DNA from: Octopus bimaculoides
Lineage: Eukaryota
Assembly (NCBI RefSeq): GCF_001194135.2
Contig: NC_068988.1
Location: 2,151,661 to 2,215,660 of the forward strand
Length of the DNA stretch: 64,000 nucleotides
Direction of reading: 5' to 3'
Below, piece by piece: positions 1 to 13,804 of the stretch (positions are counted from its first letter, which is position 1; each line of letters opens with the position of its first letter). A program made the translations under genes and the position numbers. The notes beneath the pieces are model-generated. The model was not told where the DNA came from. It made no database searches and saw nothing but the letters and a program-made list of their open reading frames with translations.

Positions 1-29
1 TATATATATATATATATATATATATATGT

Positions 30-368
30 AGGCACAGGAGTGGCTGTGTGGTAAGTAGCTTATTTACCAACCACATGGTTCGAGGTTCAATCACCGGGTT
101 CATGGCACCTTGAGCAAGTGTCTTTTACTATAGCCTCGGGCTGACCAAAGCCTTGTGAATAATTTTGGTAGATGGAAACTGAAAGAAGCCCATTGCTTTG
201 GCAACCGATGTTGGTGTGTTTACGTTCTTGCAACTTAGTAGTTTAGCAAAAGATAGAATAAGTGCTAAGCTTACCAAGAATAAGTCCTGGGGTTGATTTC
301 TTCGACTAAAGGCGGTGCTCCAGCATGGCCACAGTCAAATGACTGAAACAAGTAAAAGAATAAAAGAG
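30..368 (+). mobile_element. SINE family A (tRNA-derived head + CORE-like domain), internal microsatellite segment deleted
   Basis: Head ggcacaggagtggctgtgtggtaag...ggttcaat; CORE-like ggcaccttgagcaagtgtctt; shared tail ggtgctccagcatggccacagtcaaatgactgaaacaagtaaaag; about 10 homologous copies in the window. Confidence 0.85.
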
Positions 369-394
369 TATACAAATACATACACACACACACT

Positions 395-485
395 TGCAGC
401 CTCCTGGCTTGCCAGTCCCCACTCAAACCATCCAACCCATGCCAGCATGGAAAACGGACGTTAAACGATGATGATGAGATGATGA
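395..485 (+). mobile_element. Family C (RTE-type 3' tail) short fragment
   Basis: ccatccaacccatgccagcatggaaaacggacgttaaacgatgatg, the same end as the RTE at 27.45 kb. Confidence 0.8.
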
Positions 486-617
486 TGGTGATAATGATGA
501 TGATGATATATATACTTACAGACATACAAACATACGTATGACCATTGTTATCATTTTCCTCCTCCTCATCATTATCCCCATCTTCCTCCTCTTCCATCAT
601 CATCATCATCAATCCTC

Positions 618-800
618 AACAACATCATCCTTCAATGTCTGCTTTCCCTGCTGGCATGTGTTGGATGGATTGTCAAGAACTGGTAAGCTAGCAGACTGCA
701 TGAAGCTCCAATTTGTCAGTTTTGGTATGGTTTCTACAGCTGGATGCCCTTCCTAATGACAACCACCACTTTATAGAGTGTGCTGGATGCCTTTGATGTG
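618..800 (-). mobile_element. Family C (RTE-type 3' tail) copy
   Basis: (CAT)n followed by ttccctgctggcatgtgttggatgg...ctacagctggatgcccttcctaatg. Confidence 0.8.
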
Positions 801-2282
801 GCACTAGTACCAGAGAGGTCCCAAGGCAACTTCCAAAGCAAGATTCTTCAGGTAAGGTGGTAGCCATAATGAGGGAGCTGGCTGCGGCATGGAAAATAGA
901 CATCCAATGATGATGATGATGATGATGATGTGTGTGTGTGTACATTGTGAATGTGTGTGTTGTTCTTGTTGGCAAAGAGATAACAGCAGTTTCCCTTTTA
1001 GATGAAGAAAGACTAGATTCTTCATTCCTCACAGCAATGGAACTTCCCAATTTCTTCTTCAAAGACTACAGTTTCCTTGGAATGTGGATCCCCCACCCCT
1101 CCAAAACTGATCGACCAACAACGAACCTTATGCATTCATCAGTGTCTCCATATCATAACTATGTCACTTCTATATACAAACCTAGAGTTTTATTTACATA
1201 TGATGTTGTCAAGATCAGTTTACACAATGTTTTTTTATCAATGAATAATAATAACACAACTAAATACATTAGCTTTAATTCTGTTACAAAAGTAGACATC
1301 TTATGAGCAATAAGAAAACATTCTATCATCTATTTAGTCTTGGAAGCAAAAGTAACAACACAAAAAAAGATGAACCAAAATAATGTGAGAAAGTGGAAAA
1401 AAAAACAGCAAAAACAAAAAAACAAATGAATTAAAAGAAAATTCTAAATATACATGACATTATATAAATATCTATACATATACATGCATGTGTATATACA
1501 CTTAAGTATAATATGTATATATATATATCATGATGATATATATATATATATATANNNNNNNNNNNNNNNNNNNNNNNNNNNNNNNNNNNNNNNNNNNNNN
1601 NNNNNNNNNNNNNNNNNNNNNNNNNNNNNNNNNNNNNNNNNNNNNNNNNNNNNNNNNNNNNNNNNNNNNNNNNNNNNNNNNNNNNNNNNNNNNNNNNNNN
1701 NNNNNNNNNNNNNNNNNNNNNNNNNNNNNNNNNNNNNNNNNNNNNNNNNNNNNNNNNNNNNNNNNNNNNNNNNNNNNNNNNNNNNNNNNNNNNNNNNNNN
1801 NNNNNNNNNNNNNNNNNNNNNNNNNNNNNNNNNNNNNNNNNNNNNNNNNNNNNNNNNNNNNNNNNNNNNNNNNNNNNNNNNNNNNNNNNNNTATATATAT
1901 ATATATTTGAATGTCTCGCCATATGTAATGAATTATTGAAAAGGTTGATAATGAAATTTATTTTAAAATTAGATTTCAATATACTGATTAGTCAATTCTT
2001 CACATTATTCACATTTGATATTATTTCTTCTATCTTTGCTTTTTGCTTTTTGCCTTTTTTTTTGTCAACATTTTATTATTTCTCTTTCTTTTACACGAGG
2101 TCACATTATAAAGATGGTACTTTGAGATAGTTTTCAACTGGTTTAAACCAGCAGACACTAAGCGGATATGTTTGATGGAGACAAGCTTCGTGCATTGCAG
2201 ATTCTAAACTTCATTTTTAAGGCTTTCTCTCATCAAAGGAATATGGCTTTTGGCAGAAATTCATCTTCTATCCTTTGTCTTT

Positions 2283-2567
2283 CACTTGTTTCAGTCATTA
2301 GACTGTGGCCATGCTGGGGCACTGCCATGAAGAATTTTTAGTTGAATGAAATCGACCCCCAGTACATTTTCGTTTTTAGAGCCTAGCACTTATTCTATCG
2401 ATCTCGTTTGCCAAACTGCTAAGTTATGGGGATGTAAATACACCAACACTTGTTGTCAAGTGGTGGTGGGCGACAAAGACATACATATATCATTATCCCC
2501 CTCCTCCTCCTCCTCCTCCTCATCCTCCTCATCATCATCATCTTCATTTAATGTCTATATATATATG

Positions 2568-2607
<40 letters not shown>

Positions 2608-2775
2608 AATATATGATGGGTTTCTTTCAGTTTCTCCCCACTGAATCCATTTGCAAGGCTTTAGTTGGCCTGAGACTATAGTACAAGACTTCCCCAAGGT
2701 GCTATGCAGTGGGACTAAACCCAGAACTGTTGCATTGTGAAGCAAGCTTCTTACCACTCAGTCACGCTTGTGCCC
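2283..2775 (-). mobile_element. SINE family A, near full length, with expanded internal (CCT/CAT/TAGA)n
   Basis: Reverse complement of family A tail, CORE-like domain and head. Confidence 0.85.
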
Positions 2776-3294
2776 ATTACACAAAATTACACAGAATATT
2801 GTTTTATGTCAGGATATTTTACTAAAGAATCTATTCTCAGTTGTTCTTCTTGTCACTGAAGCTCTCTCTCTATATTCTATGAGTCATTTAAAAGGAAATT
2901 AAGTACTTTTCAAATGAATTTATTGTTTCATAATCAAATTTATTCTAAAATTTATGTAAATTGTTTGTTATCAAATTAGATATCCCAGTCTTGAATATAT
3001 AAATATGCAGAAATAACCAAATTGAGTGCCACCGTTTTACTCCAGGTGGACCTAAATGTTAATTATAACAATATTGGAATTATTATATTTGTGAAACAAA
3101 TTATTACCAATGATTTAATTTTGTTTCTTAAAAGTATACAATTCCATTTCTGAAATCTTGGAAAGAAAGTCTTTATTTCATGACATTTCGTTTAGACTTT
3201 ATGAAAATATCTAAATACAGAATAAATTCCAGAGAAAGATATTCCTAATGAAATGAATCAACAGATAAATGAGAATGTCGTTAATTAGCCACCG

Positions 3295-3752
3295 TCAGGC
3301 ATCTACCATACTCTGAATGTCTTGCTTCTCTGGGACACTTTAAAGCACCAACATTTGGCAACTGACTTGGTAGACATCCACAACATTATCCACCAACTTT
3401 CCAACAACAACTTTGGGGTACCTTTTTGAATTCCATATGTCAAGCACTCATGGGCATGCCTGCAAAATTTTAAGAAACACAGCCCAGCGCCCATGAATGA
3501 CTTTTGGAAACATTCTTTCACACTCAGTATTGCTGAAGCATAGAAGAAACTACTCACAGTAGTTTCAAACTACCATGCTTCCTGATATTCACCACCTGCA
3601 CACCTGATTCTCCCTCCCACATTTTCCCCTTAAACAAGTCATTCACTCTTCCCTTCCAATGCATTTATTCTATGTACAATGCATGCACTTTTAGATATTT
3701 TTTCCTGATGAGTCGTTAATGCACCTGAGCACTGTATACAATAAGTTCATAT
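3295..3752 (+). mobile_element. CR1/L2-type LINE 3' end (degenerate ORF2 C-terminus + 3' UTR)
   Basis: Frameshifted translation LPYSECLASLG / DLVDIHNIIH / HGHACKI matches the CR1/L2 motifs LPYxERLxxLGL, DLIxxxKII and TRGHxxK. Confidence 0.7.
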
Positions 3753-4216
3753 CATTACACGTGTCATTAATTAGTTTTTAACTTTTGCCTTGTTATTGTC
3801 ACCAATGTAAGAGACCCGTAATTATGATTTTAGGAGTGGTGAGTAGTGAAGGTCAAGTCAAACCCCAGCACATCTTGTCATAGGGTCTTAGAACTGATGC
3901 TACTGAGGTGCTACAAACAGTTATTAAACCCTAGATGGATGAAGTAGGTACTGGAAGGCCATAATATTTCAACAAATCTCAACACCTTCTCACAAAGCTC
4001 AAGAACAATGAATGTCAGATAATCCTTGCATGTAACCCCAAACTTGTGGCCCCTAAACTTGCCGGTGGTTTCCAAACTTGCCTTAAATCCAGTGGACTAC
4101 CATGTTTGGAGTGTCATTGAAAGAGAGACTGAAACATAGCTTTGGTGAAAGCTATTATTTTTCTAGTGATGTGCAAAATGCACAAGGACCATTTAGTGCA
4201 GACATGTCAACAATAT

Positions 4217-4374
4217 AGGCACAGGCATAGCCGTGTGGTAAGGAGCTTGCATCCCAACCATATGGTTCCAAGTTCAGTCCCTCTTCATGGCACCTTGAGA
4301 AAATGTCTTTTACTATAGCCTCAGGCCAACCAAAGCTTTGTAAATGGATTTGGTAGACAGAAACTGAAAGAAGC
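4217..4374 (+). mobile_element. SINE family A, 5' half
   Basis: Head + ggcaccttgag + tttggtagacagaaactgaaagaagc. Confidence 0.8.
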
Positions 4375-4526
4375 ACCACACATACACAGATTAGAGTCAT
4401 TTTATTAAATTCCAAAATCTGTCCTCAAATACCTCTCACACCCTTTATCTAAGTGGACACAGTCAGACCAAATTGGTTCACTAGACTGGATCGTTTGGAA
4501 TGTGACTATTTTGGCCATACACAGAG

Positions 4527-4672
4527 CCCTTCACCAGTAATAAGACGACATGTGTTGTCTGTCATCACATTTACTTGATTAATTGTAAATTACATTTTAA
4601 TTAAGTAATTAAAATAATTTATCTAAGTTTGATTGATAAAAACCAAGCCATGGTTCTTAATTGGTGAAGGTC
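4527..4672. mobile_element. Small AT-rich MITE-like element
   Basis: Terminal inverted ccttcacca / tggtgaagg around an AT-rich core. Confidence 0.4.
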
Positions 4673-5767
4673 ATTGGTATTTTATGGAAGTGAATTCAGG
4701 ATTCGACTTTATGGTTTGCAATTGATTACCTGCCACAGGTATTTCATTTCTTCCTGTGTGTCATAATTCCTCCTCTTCCTTATCACCAATGCTACCACCA
4801 CCATCAAACACCACCCAACCACCACCACCACCGCCACCACCACCACCGCTACCACCATCACCCCATCATCATCATCATCATCATCCTCCTCACCAATTAT
4901 TGTTTGTTTCCCATATTCTCAGACTGGATTGGTCAAGAGTCAACATCCCCATCCATGAAGCCCAACATCATCATCAGATCTAATCTCATCACTTCTTCCC
5001 ATCTCTTCCTTGGTCACCCTGCCTGTACCGTAGTTACTTTTCATTATCAAACAAATTAAGATGTTTCTTTTTAACGAAATATCAACCTATGCATCAATGT
5101 TACAATCCCAATTTAACTCTTCTCTGCAATCAATTGAAAGGCTAATTAATTTATTGACGAACATTTTATAAGTTTGGGGTTAAATGTCATGACAAGGATC
5201 AGTTGTAATGCAAATGACAAGCAGCAAGACCACTGACCCCCTCAAGTATTAAATCCTAACCCCTCTTGACTTGGTCATCTACCACTAGCTTCCTACCCCA
5301 TTAGCCTCATTTAATCATGTTTAGAATGTAATTTATTTTACAGCTAAAATATTTGCTATAAACTTCAGCAGATTATTGCTGCACAATAATATTATAATCG
5401 CAGCCACATTTAATCCTAACTCTTTCTTTTACTCTTTTTCTTTTTCTTTTAAGAGATAAAATATTTGGTTTAGTAATGAAATAGGATTTTGTCATTAATG
5501 AAACATTAAACAGGGTTCTGTTTCAGCTGCTTTATTTCCGTAATAAGAGAAAAATGAAGATTGCTTTCAGCTTTCTCTGTGGCACATGGCAAGTTCATTA
5601 AATGTTTCTTGAATTAATTATTATCTCTCCCTCTGCAGTTGAGAGAGAGTGTGACAGTGTGCTGTGCAGACTCCGCTCGCCAACTCTAATCATGCTCGTA
5701 TTCTCATCATGGTCTGCCTGCTTTAGTAATGTCTCTACTCGGTTACTACTGCACCTGTTCTTGGAAA

Positions 5768-6222
5768 GAAGCGAACTGGCAGAATCATTACCGCTCTGGG
5801 TAAAATGCTTGGCAGTATTTCAGTTGCCTTTACGTTCTGAACTCAAATTCCACCAAGGTCAACTTTGCTTTTCATCTTTTTGGGGGTCAATAAAATAAGT
5901 ACCAGTTGTACACTGGGGGGGGGGTGTAATCAACTTAGCCTCTCCCCTGAAACTGATGGTCTTATACCAAAATTTGAAGCCAATATTGTGCCTGTTATTG
6001 GCAGGCAGTGGACTGGCAGAGTTATTGGAATTCCAGGCAAAATGCTAAGTTACATTTTGTTCATCTTTATGTTCTGAGTTCAAATTCTGCTAATATCAAC
6101 CTTGTCTTTCATCCTTTTTGGAGTCGATAAAATAAATACCAGTTGCGTTCTGGGGTCAATTTAATTGACATAGCCCCTTCCCCAAACCTGCTGGTCTTGT
6201 GCTAAAATTTGAAACCAATATT
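5768..6222 (+). mobile_element. Two head-to-tail SINE family B copies
   Basis: gaactggcagaatc...ttctgaactcaaattccaccaaggtcaactttgc...taagtaccagttg occurs twice. Confidence 0.85.
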
Positions 6223-6529
6223 TTGCCTGTGATTAATGTGCTTATTGTATTAGGGGTGTGCCTACTCAGTTAATTGTATGCCTATCATGTTAGTAGTGCA
6301 CCCTCCCTGTTAGTATTGTGAACCTTCTTTGATAGAGCTGTACCCACTTTATTAGTTTTATACTTTCTTTTTTATTCTATCCCCTCATAGAATCGTGTTT
6401 CCCCTCTTAATAGTCTGTCTAATCTGTTAACAGAGAGTCTACTCTGTTAATATTGTAACTACACGGTTACTAGTGTGGTTGTATGTATCTGTGTTGTGCC
6501 TTCAGTGCTAGGCCTGTTACCTGCTTTTC

Positions 6530-6700
6530 ACGGCTTATAAGTGACTGCAGTCACAGCATTCCCTCTGAACGGGACACCAGTCTGTCGCAGGGTGACCCAT
6601 TTGCAGCTGAGTCAGCTGGAACAACATAAAACGAAATGTCTTGCTCAAGAACGCAATGCACCACCCAATCCTGGAATCAAAACCTTGCTATGTGCTTTCA
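6530..6700 (-). mobile_element. Older tRNA-derived SINE fragment
   Basis: Minus strand reads ttgattccagg...cattgcgttcttgagcaagacattt (B-box-like plus central domain). Confidence 0.5.
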
Positions 6701-6844
6701 CTCTGCTGTGACTATTCTATCAATAATAATGTTTTCTCTGTTTGCAGCACAACTTCTATGTTAAGAGTTTGCCTAATATATAGTAGTTTTCACATTATCT
6801 TTGTATTGCGCCTCTTTTGTTACCAGTGTACCCACATTATTAAT

Positions 6845-7030
6845 GGTCCTTTCTACTATGCACAAGGTCTGAAATGACATCGATCCCAGTGTTTCACTGG
6901 TACTTAATTTATTGACCCCGAAAGGATGAAAGGCAAAGTTGACCTCAGTGGTATTTGAACTCACAATGTAGAGACGGACCAAATGATGCTAAGCATTTTG
7001 CTCAGCATCCAAACAATTCTGTCTTAGCTA
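6845..7030 (-). mobile_element. SINE family B copy
   Basis: actggtacttaatttattgaccccgaaaggatgaaaggcaaagttgacctc...atttgaactca. Confidence 0.85.
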
Positions 7031-7774
7031 CTTTATTAAGAATGTCTGTATTCTGTTAGTATTGATCCTACTCTCTAAACAGCTTTTCCTTTTTCCTGTT
7101 CCATCAGTAGAGTCTGCCTGCACTGTACGTGTTGTGTTCATTCATTTAATACTGCACTGATGCTTTACGCATTTTGCTGACTCTCTTACTGTTGTGCTTA
7201 TTGTATAAACTGCAGACCAAGCACTTCTGGTTACAGATCACTTACCTTAGATCTAAGCTACTGTTCTACTTAAATACAAATTAAAAGCTAGAAACAAACA
7301 TTAAAGTTGTATTTGAAATTAATATAATGTCAAATGCAAGTATATTTTGTCATGGCCAAAGCTTTAAAGAGTTAAAAAATGTCAAGAATATTTTATTCTC
7401 TTGTCACTGTTTTGGTTTTTGATGTCTTTTAGTTCTCTTTCCATCTTCTGATCATAAGCTTCGTAATTTTTATTTCCTAATCTTGAATACTTTATATTTC
7501 AATCAGATAATATTTCAAACAGATGTAGTTGATAGCTAGGTGAGGTTAAGATCTTTATAACCATGATTAGAATATAGGGACCGTGTTGCTTGTAGCAGCA
7601 ATAGGTGACCCCCTAAGCTGGTGTTTAAAGATATAATTTGGCAAGAGGAAAGAGAGCATTCCCTATCTTTAGTGAGTTGTGAGTTAGAGAAGACATTGTA
7701 ACATGCTTTTAAAAGTCAAAAGTAAAGTAACAATTCAAGTGGACCATTTTTCTTCATCATCATCGTCAATATCA

Positions 7775-8025
7775 TCATCACCATCATCATCATTGCCATC
7801 GTCGTCGTCGTCGTCGTCATCATCATCATCATCATCTAACGTCCATGTTCCATGCTGGCATGGGTTGGACAGTTTGTCAGAAGCTGGTAAGGCTGGGGAC
7901 TGCACCAGGCTCCATTGTCTGTTTGGCATGGTTTCTACAGCTGGATGCCCTTCCTAATGACAACCACTTCGCAGAGTCTACTGGATGCTTTTTATGTGGC
8001 ACCAGCACTGGTTCTTTTTACATGG
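7775..8025 (-). mobile_element. Family C (RTE-type 3' tail) copy
   Basis: (CAT/CGT)n followed by ccatgctggcatgggttggacagtttg...ggatgcccttcctaatg. Confidence 0.85.
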
Positions 8026-9999
8026 CATGGAATCACAAAGTATAATTATCTAAATGTCTTGACCCTGACTTCTAAGATGTTCTACTTAATTGAACCAAGT
8101 GCCAATACTTAGAGTGATGGTCAAGTTCTGACATCAGTAAACTTCTTCTTTATCACCTTTAAAACTGGACTCACAGGATTATATTCAAGATTTCGGGGTT
8201 GTTTGTCTTAGAATAGAGGAAAAAAACACAAGGATGACCCAGGACTAAACAGACTAATGATTGACGGTTTTGTTATTTCATCATAAATTACCAAAAGCGT
8301 AGGTCTACTCAGAGGTGATGTAAGTGACACTTCTTAATAAAGCCAAAGCACCACCACCACCACCATCACCGCCGCCGCCGCCGCTGCCGCCGACAACAAC
8401 AACAACAGCAATACTGCCACCACAAATACCCACCACCATCTCCAATCACCTTTATTTCTTTTATCAATATATGATGTCAATTCATTTCAAATACATTTTT
8501 TTTATTTCGAGCTATCACCCCCGCCGCACCCCCACCACTACCTTACTTTTGTTTGGTTGAGTTAAGCATTGTTCAGTAATGTCTGCCTCTTCTTGATGCA
8601 GGTATAATCTTGATTAATTAAAGGTATCATGTTCACCACATTAAATGTGGTAGTGCTTACTTCACTATAAAGCAACATAGATTTCTTATTTCTCTTTCAA
8701 CATTCACTTCTATCGGAATTTCCCAGCTTGAATGGCCTTCTTTATTGTAGGAAGTCCATAGAAATTGCTAGTCAGACTCTGCCAACCGAGAGAACAGTGC
8801 TACAAACTTAACTAGATCAACTTTTTATACCTTTCTAGTTTATGCTAGATAATTCTATTTAGTCCATCACATGGAAAACTTGATGTATATCAACCATAAA
8901 AAGATAAGTGTGAATATTAAACAAATGGCGTAGTGAAATTAGACTTGCTTCTTTGCCAACGTATAACCAGTTAACTGGATTGCTGGGTAGACAGACATCT
9001 AGTGTTGATTTTTACTTCTTTTATCATTTTTTTTCAGTTGATAAAATAAGCATCAGAAATATATAGCAGCCGGGTCAAATAACTATTCTCTTTTCTCATT
9101 TCCGAAAATGTGTCTTATGCCTAAGCTATGTAATATCTCTGGATATTAAGTTCAGGCAACAAGCCTTTCACCTATATTTGAAGTGTAAGTTGTTCAGCTA
9201 AAAGCAGTTACAGTGTTGCTGTAAATTACGGTCAGATTCTAAATCTGTAGTTGCTTCAATATTAGGTGATATCCAGGATAAAATATCGATACAAATTGCA
9301 TAGCATATGGAACATATTAAGACTGACAGAAAGGGAGAACCGCAAAAGAAAAAAAAAATGAATAAGTATATAAAAAAGAAGAGAGGGAACGAAAGAAAAT
9401 GTCTGTGAGTGAGACAGAAAGAGAAAGGTTATATATANNNNNNNNNNNNNNATATATATATATATATATACACACATTCATATATGAATACCCATACATG
9501 CATGAATACATGCATGCATGTATAACAAGAGAGACAGGAAGAGAATTAATATTATGTGAAGAGTCATGACTTTTGATTTTTGTCAAGAAGAGATTGTATG
9601 AAATAGATTTTATAATCTGCAGAAATGACACTGAAGAATATTCAATCTAAGATTTGTAAGCGGTTATTTCAGGAATCCTGATCGACTTATTTGGTTTCTT
9701 CATAACAATCCCTTCTATCTTTTACTATGCTTAGGTCTCTCTCTTACACTTCCCAACTATAGCAAACATTCATATATGTATGCATGCGTGTATTATTTAT
9801 ACACTAGTTAAACTCATAACAGCCAATTCATGTTACTGAACGGTTTCCTGTTAAAGAATCTTCCTAGTGTGGAAAGATGATTTAACAATCACCAGGTGTG
9901 GTTAGGGTATTTTTGAAAGATTTACTTATGCAAGCACCCAAGTGATACTCTTCCATTCAGTCATATCTGATAAACTTCTTTTCCTCATTGGGAAAGCCA

Positions 10000-10535
10000 G
10001 TCAGTAACATGTAACATGTTGCTGAGATCAAATTTATAATTCTGTATAAATGATATACCCAACCTTCTCATCCCACTACAACAATGATACCACCATTGGG
10101 GTACCATGCACACCATGTCAGATGAGAGAGTTCCATAAAGCTTGCTGCATGGTGAACTGGCCTCCACTAAGGGAACATAATGACAACACCATCTTCTTTT
10201 CAAAGATGTTTGCAAGAGAGACATGAAATCTCTTTATATGAACACTGAAAAGTGAGACGAGAAGATATTACTGATGATTGCTCCAACTGGGGAGTGGAAC
10301 TAGAGAAGGGTTTAAAAAGACAAGAAGAAAAGGGTGAGGATTACTGATGAAGAAAAGCAAATTCAATGAAAAATTAGTGCCAGGACGAGACTAGCAGACG
10401 TTCAAAGTGTGATGTCTGCCATTAGGACTGCCATTCAGGTAGGTGTCTATAGTTAAACTGTTCTATTAGCAAGACCAAAGCAAGACTTTGCAGGCACCAA
10501 TCCCAAGAAAGATGGAGAGGAAGACGAGAGAGCAA
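10000..10535 (+). mobile_element. RTE-BovB-like LINE 3' fragment, decayed
   Basis: Translation MSDERVP*SLLHGELAS...FKDVCKRDMKSL matches the RTE/BovB C-terminal motif MxDGRIPKxLLYGEL...FKDVCKRDMK; contains stop codons. Confidence 0.7.
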
Positions 10536-10568
10536 AGACGGAGAGACATTACTGAGTTGATTTAGCAA

Positions 10569-10780
10569 TTTAGCATTGAGATCATTCTGCCAAATGTCAT
10601 ACTTATTCACATTCTTTCGAATAAATCCTGCATTATCTCAAAAATTTGAGATTTCGATGATATAACTCTTTACTTTTAGAATGATATTGTTGGGTAGGTG
10701 TGAGAGGTCAGATCTAACCAGTTTGACCTTAAAACAGGGAGAATATTTAGGTCAGATATGACCTGCTTAAATGCTAGAAG
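10569..10780. mobile_element. Degenerate non-autonomous DNA element
   Basis: Inverted termini tttagcatt / aatgctaga; superfamily not determinable here. Confidence 0.35.
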
Positions 10781-10969
10781 ACTGAGGTTAAAATTAAGAA
10801 AATGAAACTCTTCTTCAACTCCCTACTAATGGATAAACATTAACAAAACGAACAAATTTAGGTTATCGCATGCAGTGAGGATGATCTTTCTGGTAATCTT
10901 AATGGACAGATTATGAAGTTAAATTACTGTGAATCAAAAGAAACCAACCCAAATTAATTAGTGTTGTCG

Positions 10970-11215
10970 TTAGCCCTTGTTGTTGTTTGTTAATCTCAAA
11001 GTACAATAGCTTTGCCTGCAGTTTCATTGTGGTCAGGATGATGATGATGATAATCATCATCACCATCATTCTCATTGTCATTATTATCATCATTGTCATC
11101 GTTGTCATCACCACACTCACCACCACCACTATCACCGTCATCATCATTGTTATTATTATCATCATCATCATCAGCACCTTCATCGTCATCGTTATAAGTG
11201 TCAGCATCATTATTT
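10970..11215. repeat. Degenerate (CAT/GAT)n trinucleotide region
   Basis: Direct inspection; produces the spurious poly-I and poly-M ORFs. Confidence 0.9.
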
Positions 11216-12011
11216 ACAAAACTCCATTCAACGTGATTATAATATCTTACCTTCTTAATTAAATGATTAAGTTAATTTCCAAAGTAGTTTAATTAATCAA
11301 TGTATTTAAAGGTCACAACCTATTTCAGAGTTTATTCGTATAATATAAAGTAGGATTCGTTCTGCATTGTGTAAGCGACAGGTGATATTTCGGGCTTACA
11401 GAATGGAGGTCTGGATATTGTACTCAGCTCAACCTTGTTATTCTTGAGAGTCAGATAGATAAAACCATTTGGCATCAAAAAACGGTGGAACTGAGGGTGG
11501 TGAGCTGGCAGAAACGTTTAACAGGGATATATTGTAGAAAACCAGATAGCTGAAGAAAGAATCTCGTACAGAAGCAGATGAAAGGTATCCAGTAGTGACG
11601 GTGGAATTGCTAAATCTGGATTTCTGCTTCTTAGAGCATCATCAGCAGCAAGTATCCATTAGCAGCCACATGCTTAGACAAATTTTATTTCCATTGATAT
11701 GAGAAAAACTGATTAGTAAATCACTGACATCACAAACAGCTGGCATGACGGATGCAAATTCTTTATCAGAGAGAGGCAGTATTAATTCAAAAGAGCATTC
11801 TGTATATCTTACTGATAGTGGATATCTGATAGAAAGCCATGAAACTGTAGTATTCACCTTGAGAAAGAATCTTGTATAGATATAAAGAGCTAAAAAGCAC
11901 AGAAGTAAATCTGCCAATTATGAACATGCATTGTATTTGTTGAGGTAAATGTTTCTTATGAAAAAAAAGAAGGATATAAAAAAAAGAAAAAATACAACAA
12001 GTACATGTGTT

Positions 12012-12229
12012 TATTCTTTTCGACTCTAGGCACAAGGCCCGAAATTTTTGGGGAGGGAGCCAATCGATTAGATCGACCCCAGTATGCAACTGGGACTTAA
12101 TTTATTAACCCAGAAAGAATAAAAGGCAAAGTCAACATTGACAGAATTTGAACTCAGAATATAAAGACAGACGAAATATCAGGAAGCATTTTGCCCAGCG
12201 TGCTAACGTTTCTGCCAGTTTGCTTCCTT
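12012..12229 (-). mobile_element. SINE family B, full length
   Basis: Tail ctctaggcacaaggcccgaaatttttgggag through head tttctgccagtttgcttcc. Confidence 0.9.
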
Positions 12230-13044
12230 AGTGTATGTATTTATTATTGGCTTAATGACCTCTCTGAGATGCAACAGCAGAAATATGGTAATGGAAGGGT
12301 TAAAGAATTGCCAAGTCATTAAAATTTACAACTGCTGATATGCTACAATCAACAGCAGAACTATTCTTTTCTTCCATCAATTAACTCTCCAAAATAAATT
12401 AAGCTTACCGTTTCTAAAGAGCTGAGTGTGAGTTAATGATTTCTTCATTGCATTACATAAGTATGAGGAATTAATTAATTTGATTGATTTCTTTTCTTTT
12501 TTTTTTTCTAAATCAATTTGACAGAAATGGTGATTGTGTCTGAGACTCTGCCAGTCATGATAGAACTTGAAAGAGATAGAGAGGGGGAAGAGAGAGAGAG
12601 AGAGAGAGAGANNNNNNNNNNNNNNNNNNNNNNNNNNNNNNNNNNNNNNNNNNNNNNNNNNNNNNNNNNNNNNNNNNNNNNNNNNNNNNNNNNNNNNNNN
12701 NNNNNNNNNNNNNNNNNNNNNNNNNNNNNNNNNNNNNNNNNNNNNNNNNNNNNNNNNNNNNNNNNNNNNNNNNNNNNNNNNNNNNNNNNNNNNNNNNNNN
12801 NNNNNNNNNNNNNNNNNNNNNNNNNNNNNNNNNNNNNNNNNNNNNNNNNNNNNNNNNNNNNNNNNNNNNNNNNNNNNNNNNNNNNNNNNNNNNNNNNNNN
12901 NNNNNNNNNNNNNNNNNNNNNNNNNNNNNNNNNNNNNNNNNNNNNNNNNNNNNNNNNNNNNNNNNNNNNNNNNNNNNNNNNNNNNNNNNNNNNNNNNNAT
13001 ATGTATGTATGTATATGCATTTAAGAGTACCCTTGATGCGTTGG

Positions 13045-13452
13045 GTGATATGGTGTGCTTGGAAAGACCTGTTGGGTCTAGTAAAACCAAAATTGCAGCT
13101 GTGGCCAATGCCCCCTGACTGGCTGCCGTGCCCGTGGCATGTAAAAAGCACCATCTGAATGTGGTTGATGCCAGTACCCCCTGACTGGCTTCCGTGACGG
13201 TGGCATGTAAAAAGCACTATCCGAACGTGATCGATGCCAGAGCCGCCTGACTGGTCCATGTGCTGGTTGCATGTAAAAAGCACCCACTATACTCTCTGAG
13301 TGGTTGGCATTAGGAAGGACATCCAGTTGTAGAAACATTGCCAGATCAGACTGGAGCCTGGTGCAGCCACTGGCTCTCCAGACCTCAGTCAAACCGTCCA
13401 ACCAATGCTAGCATGGAGAACGGAGGTTGAACGATGATGATGATGATGATGA
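13045..13452 (+). mobile_element. Family C / RTE 3' UTR with three internal ~66 bp tandem units
   Basis: cctgactgg...catgtaaaaagcac three times, then the common family C end and (GAT)n. Confidence 0.85.
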
Positions 13453-13804
13453 TAGATAGATAGATAAGCTTGTCTGTGTGTGTGTGTATATATATATATA
13501 TACATATATATATATGTATGTATATATACATACATACACATACTCATAAATATTGTATATTTTTCTTATTTCACATACATATATAAGAATGTATGTGTGT
13601 ACGTGTGAAGAATGGTAAGGTGATGGCAAATAATTGAACAGAAACAACTTCTAGTTTTTGGTTTGCCAAGTTATGTCTCTTAGGTGGACTCAACCAATTG
13701 ACACAATAAGTAGCAGAAAATGTACTAGAGTCCATAAATGAATTAAAGCCTTTAAAGAAGGTATCCCTGCATGGCCACACCCAAGGGTAAAAGAAAGGAT
13801 GTCT

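Noticed and set aside
800-1306. Non-repetitive ORFs and a cag/gtaag donor-like site as a host exon
   Set aside because: No recognisable domain and no consistent acceptor-donor pair; the ORFs start in microsatellites.
3700-3745. CTGATGAG as a hammerhead core
   Set aside because: No downstream GAAA or stems; it lies in the CR1/L2 3' UTR.
11700-11880. Short Ser/Thr-rich open frame as an exon
   Set aside because: No homology recognised and no clear splice signals.
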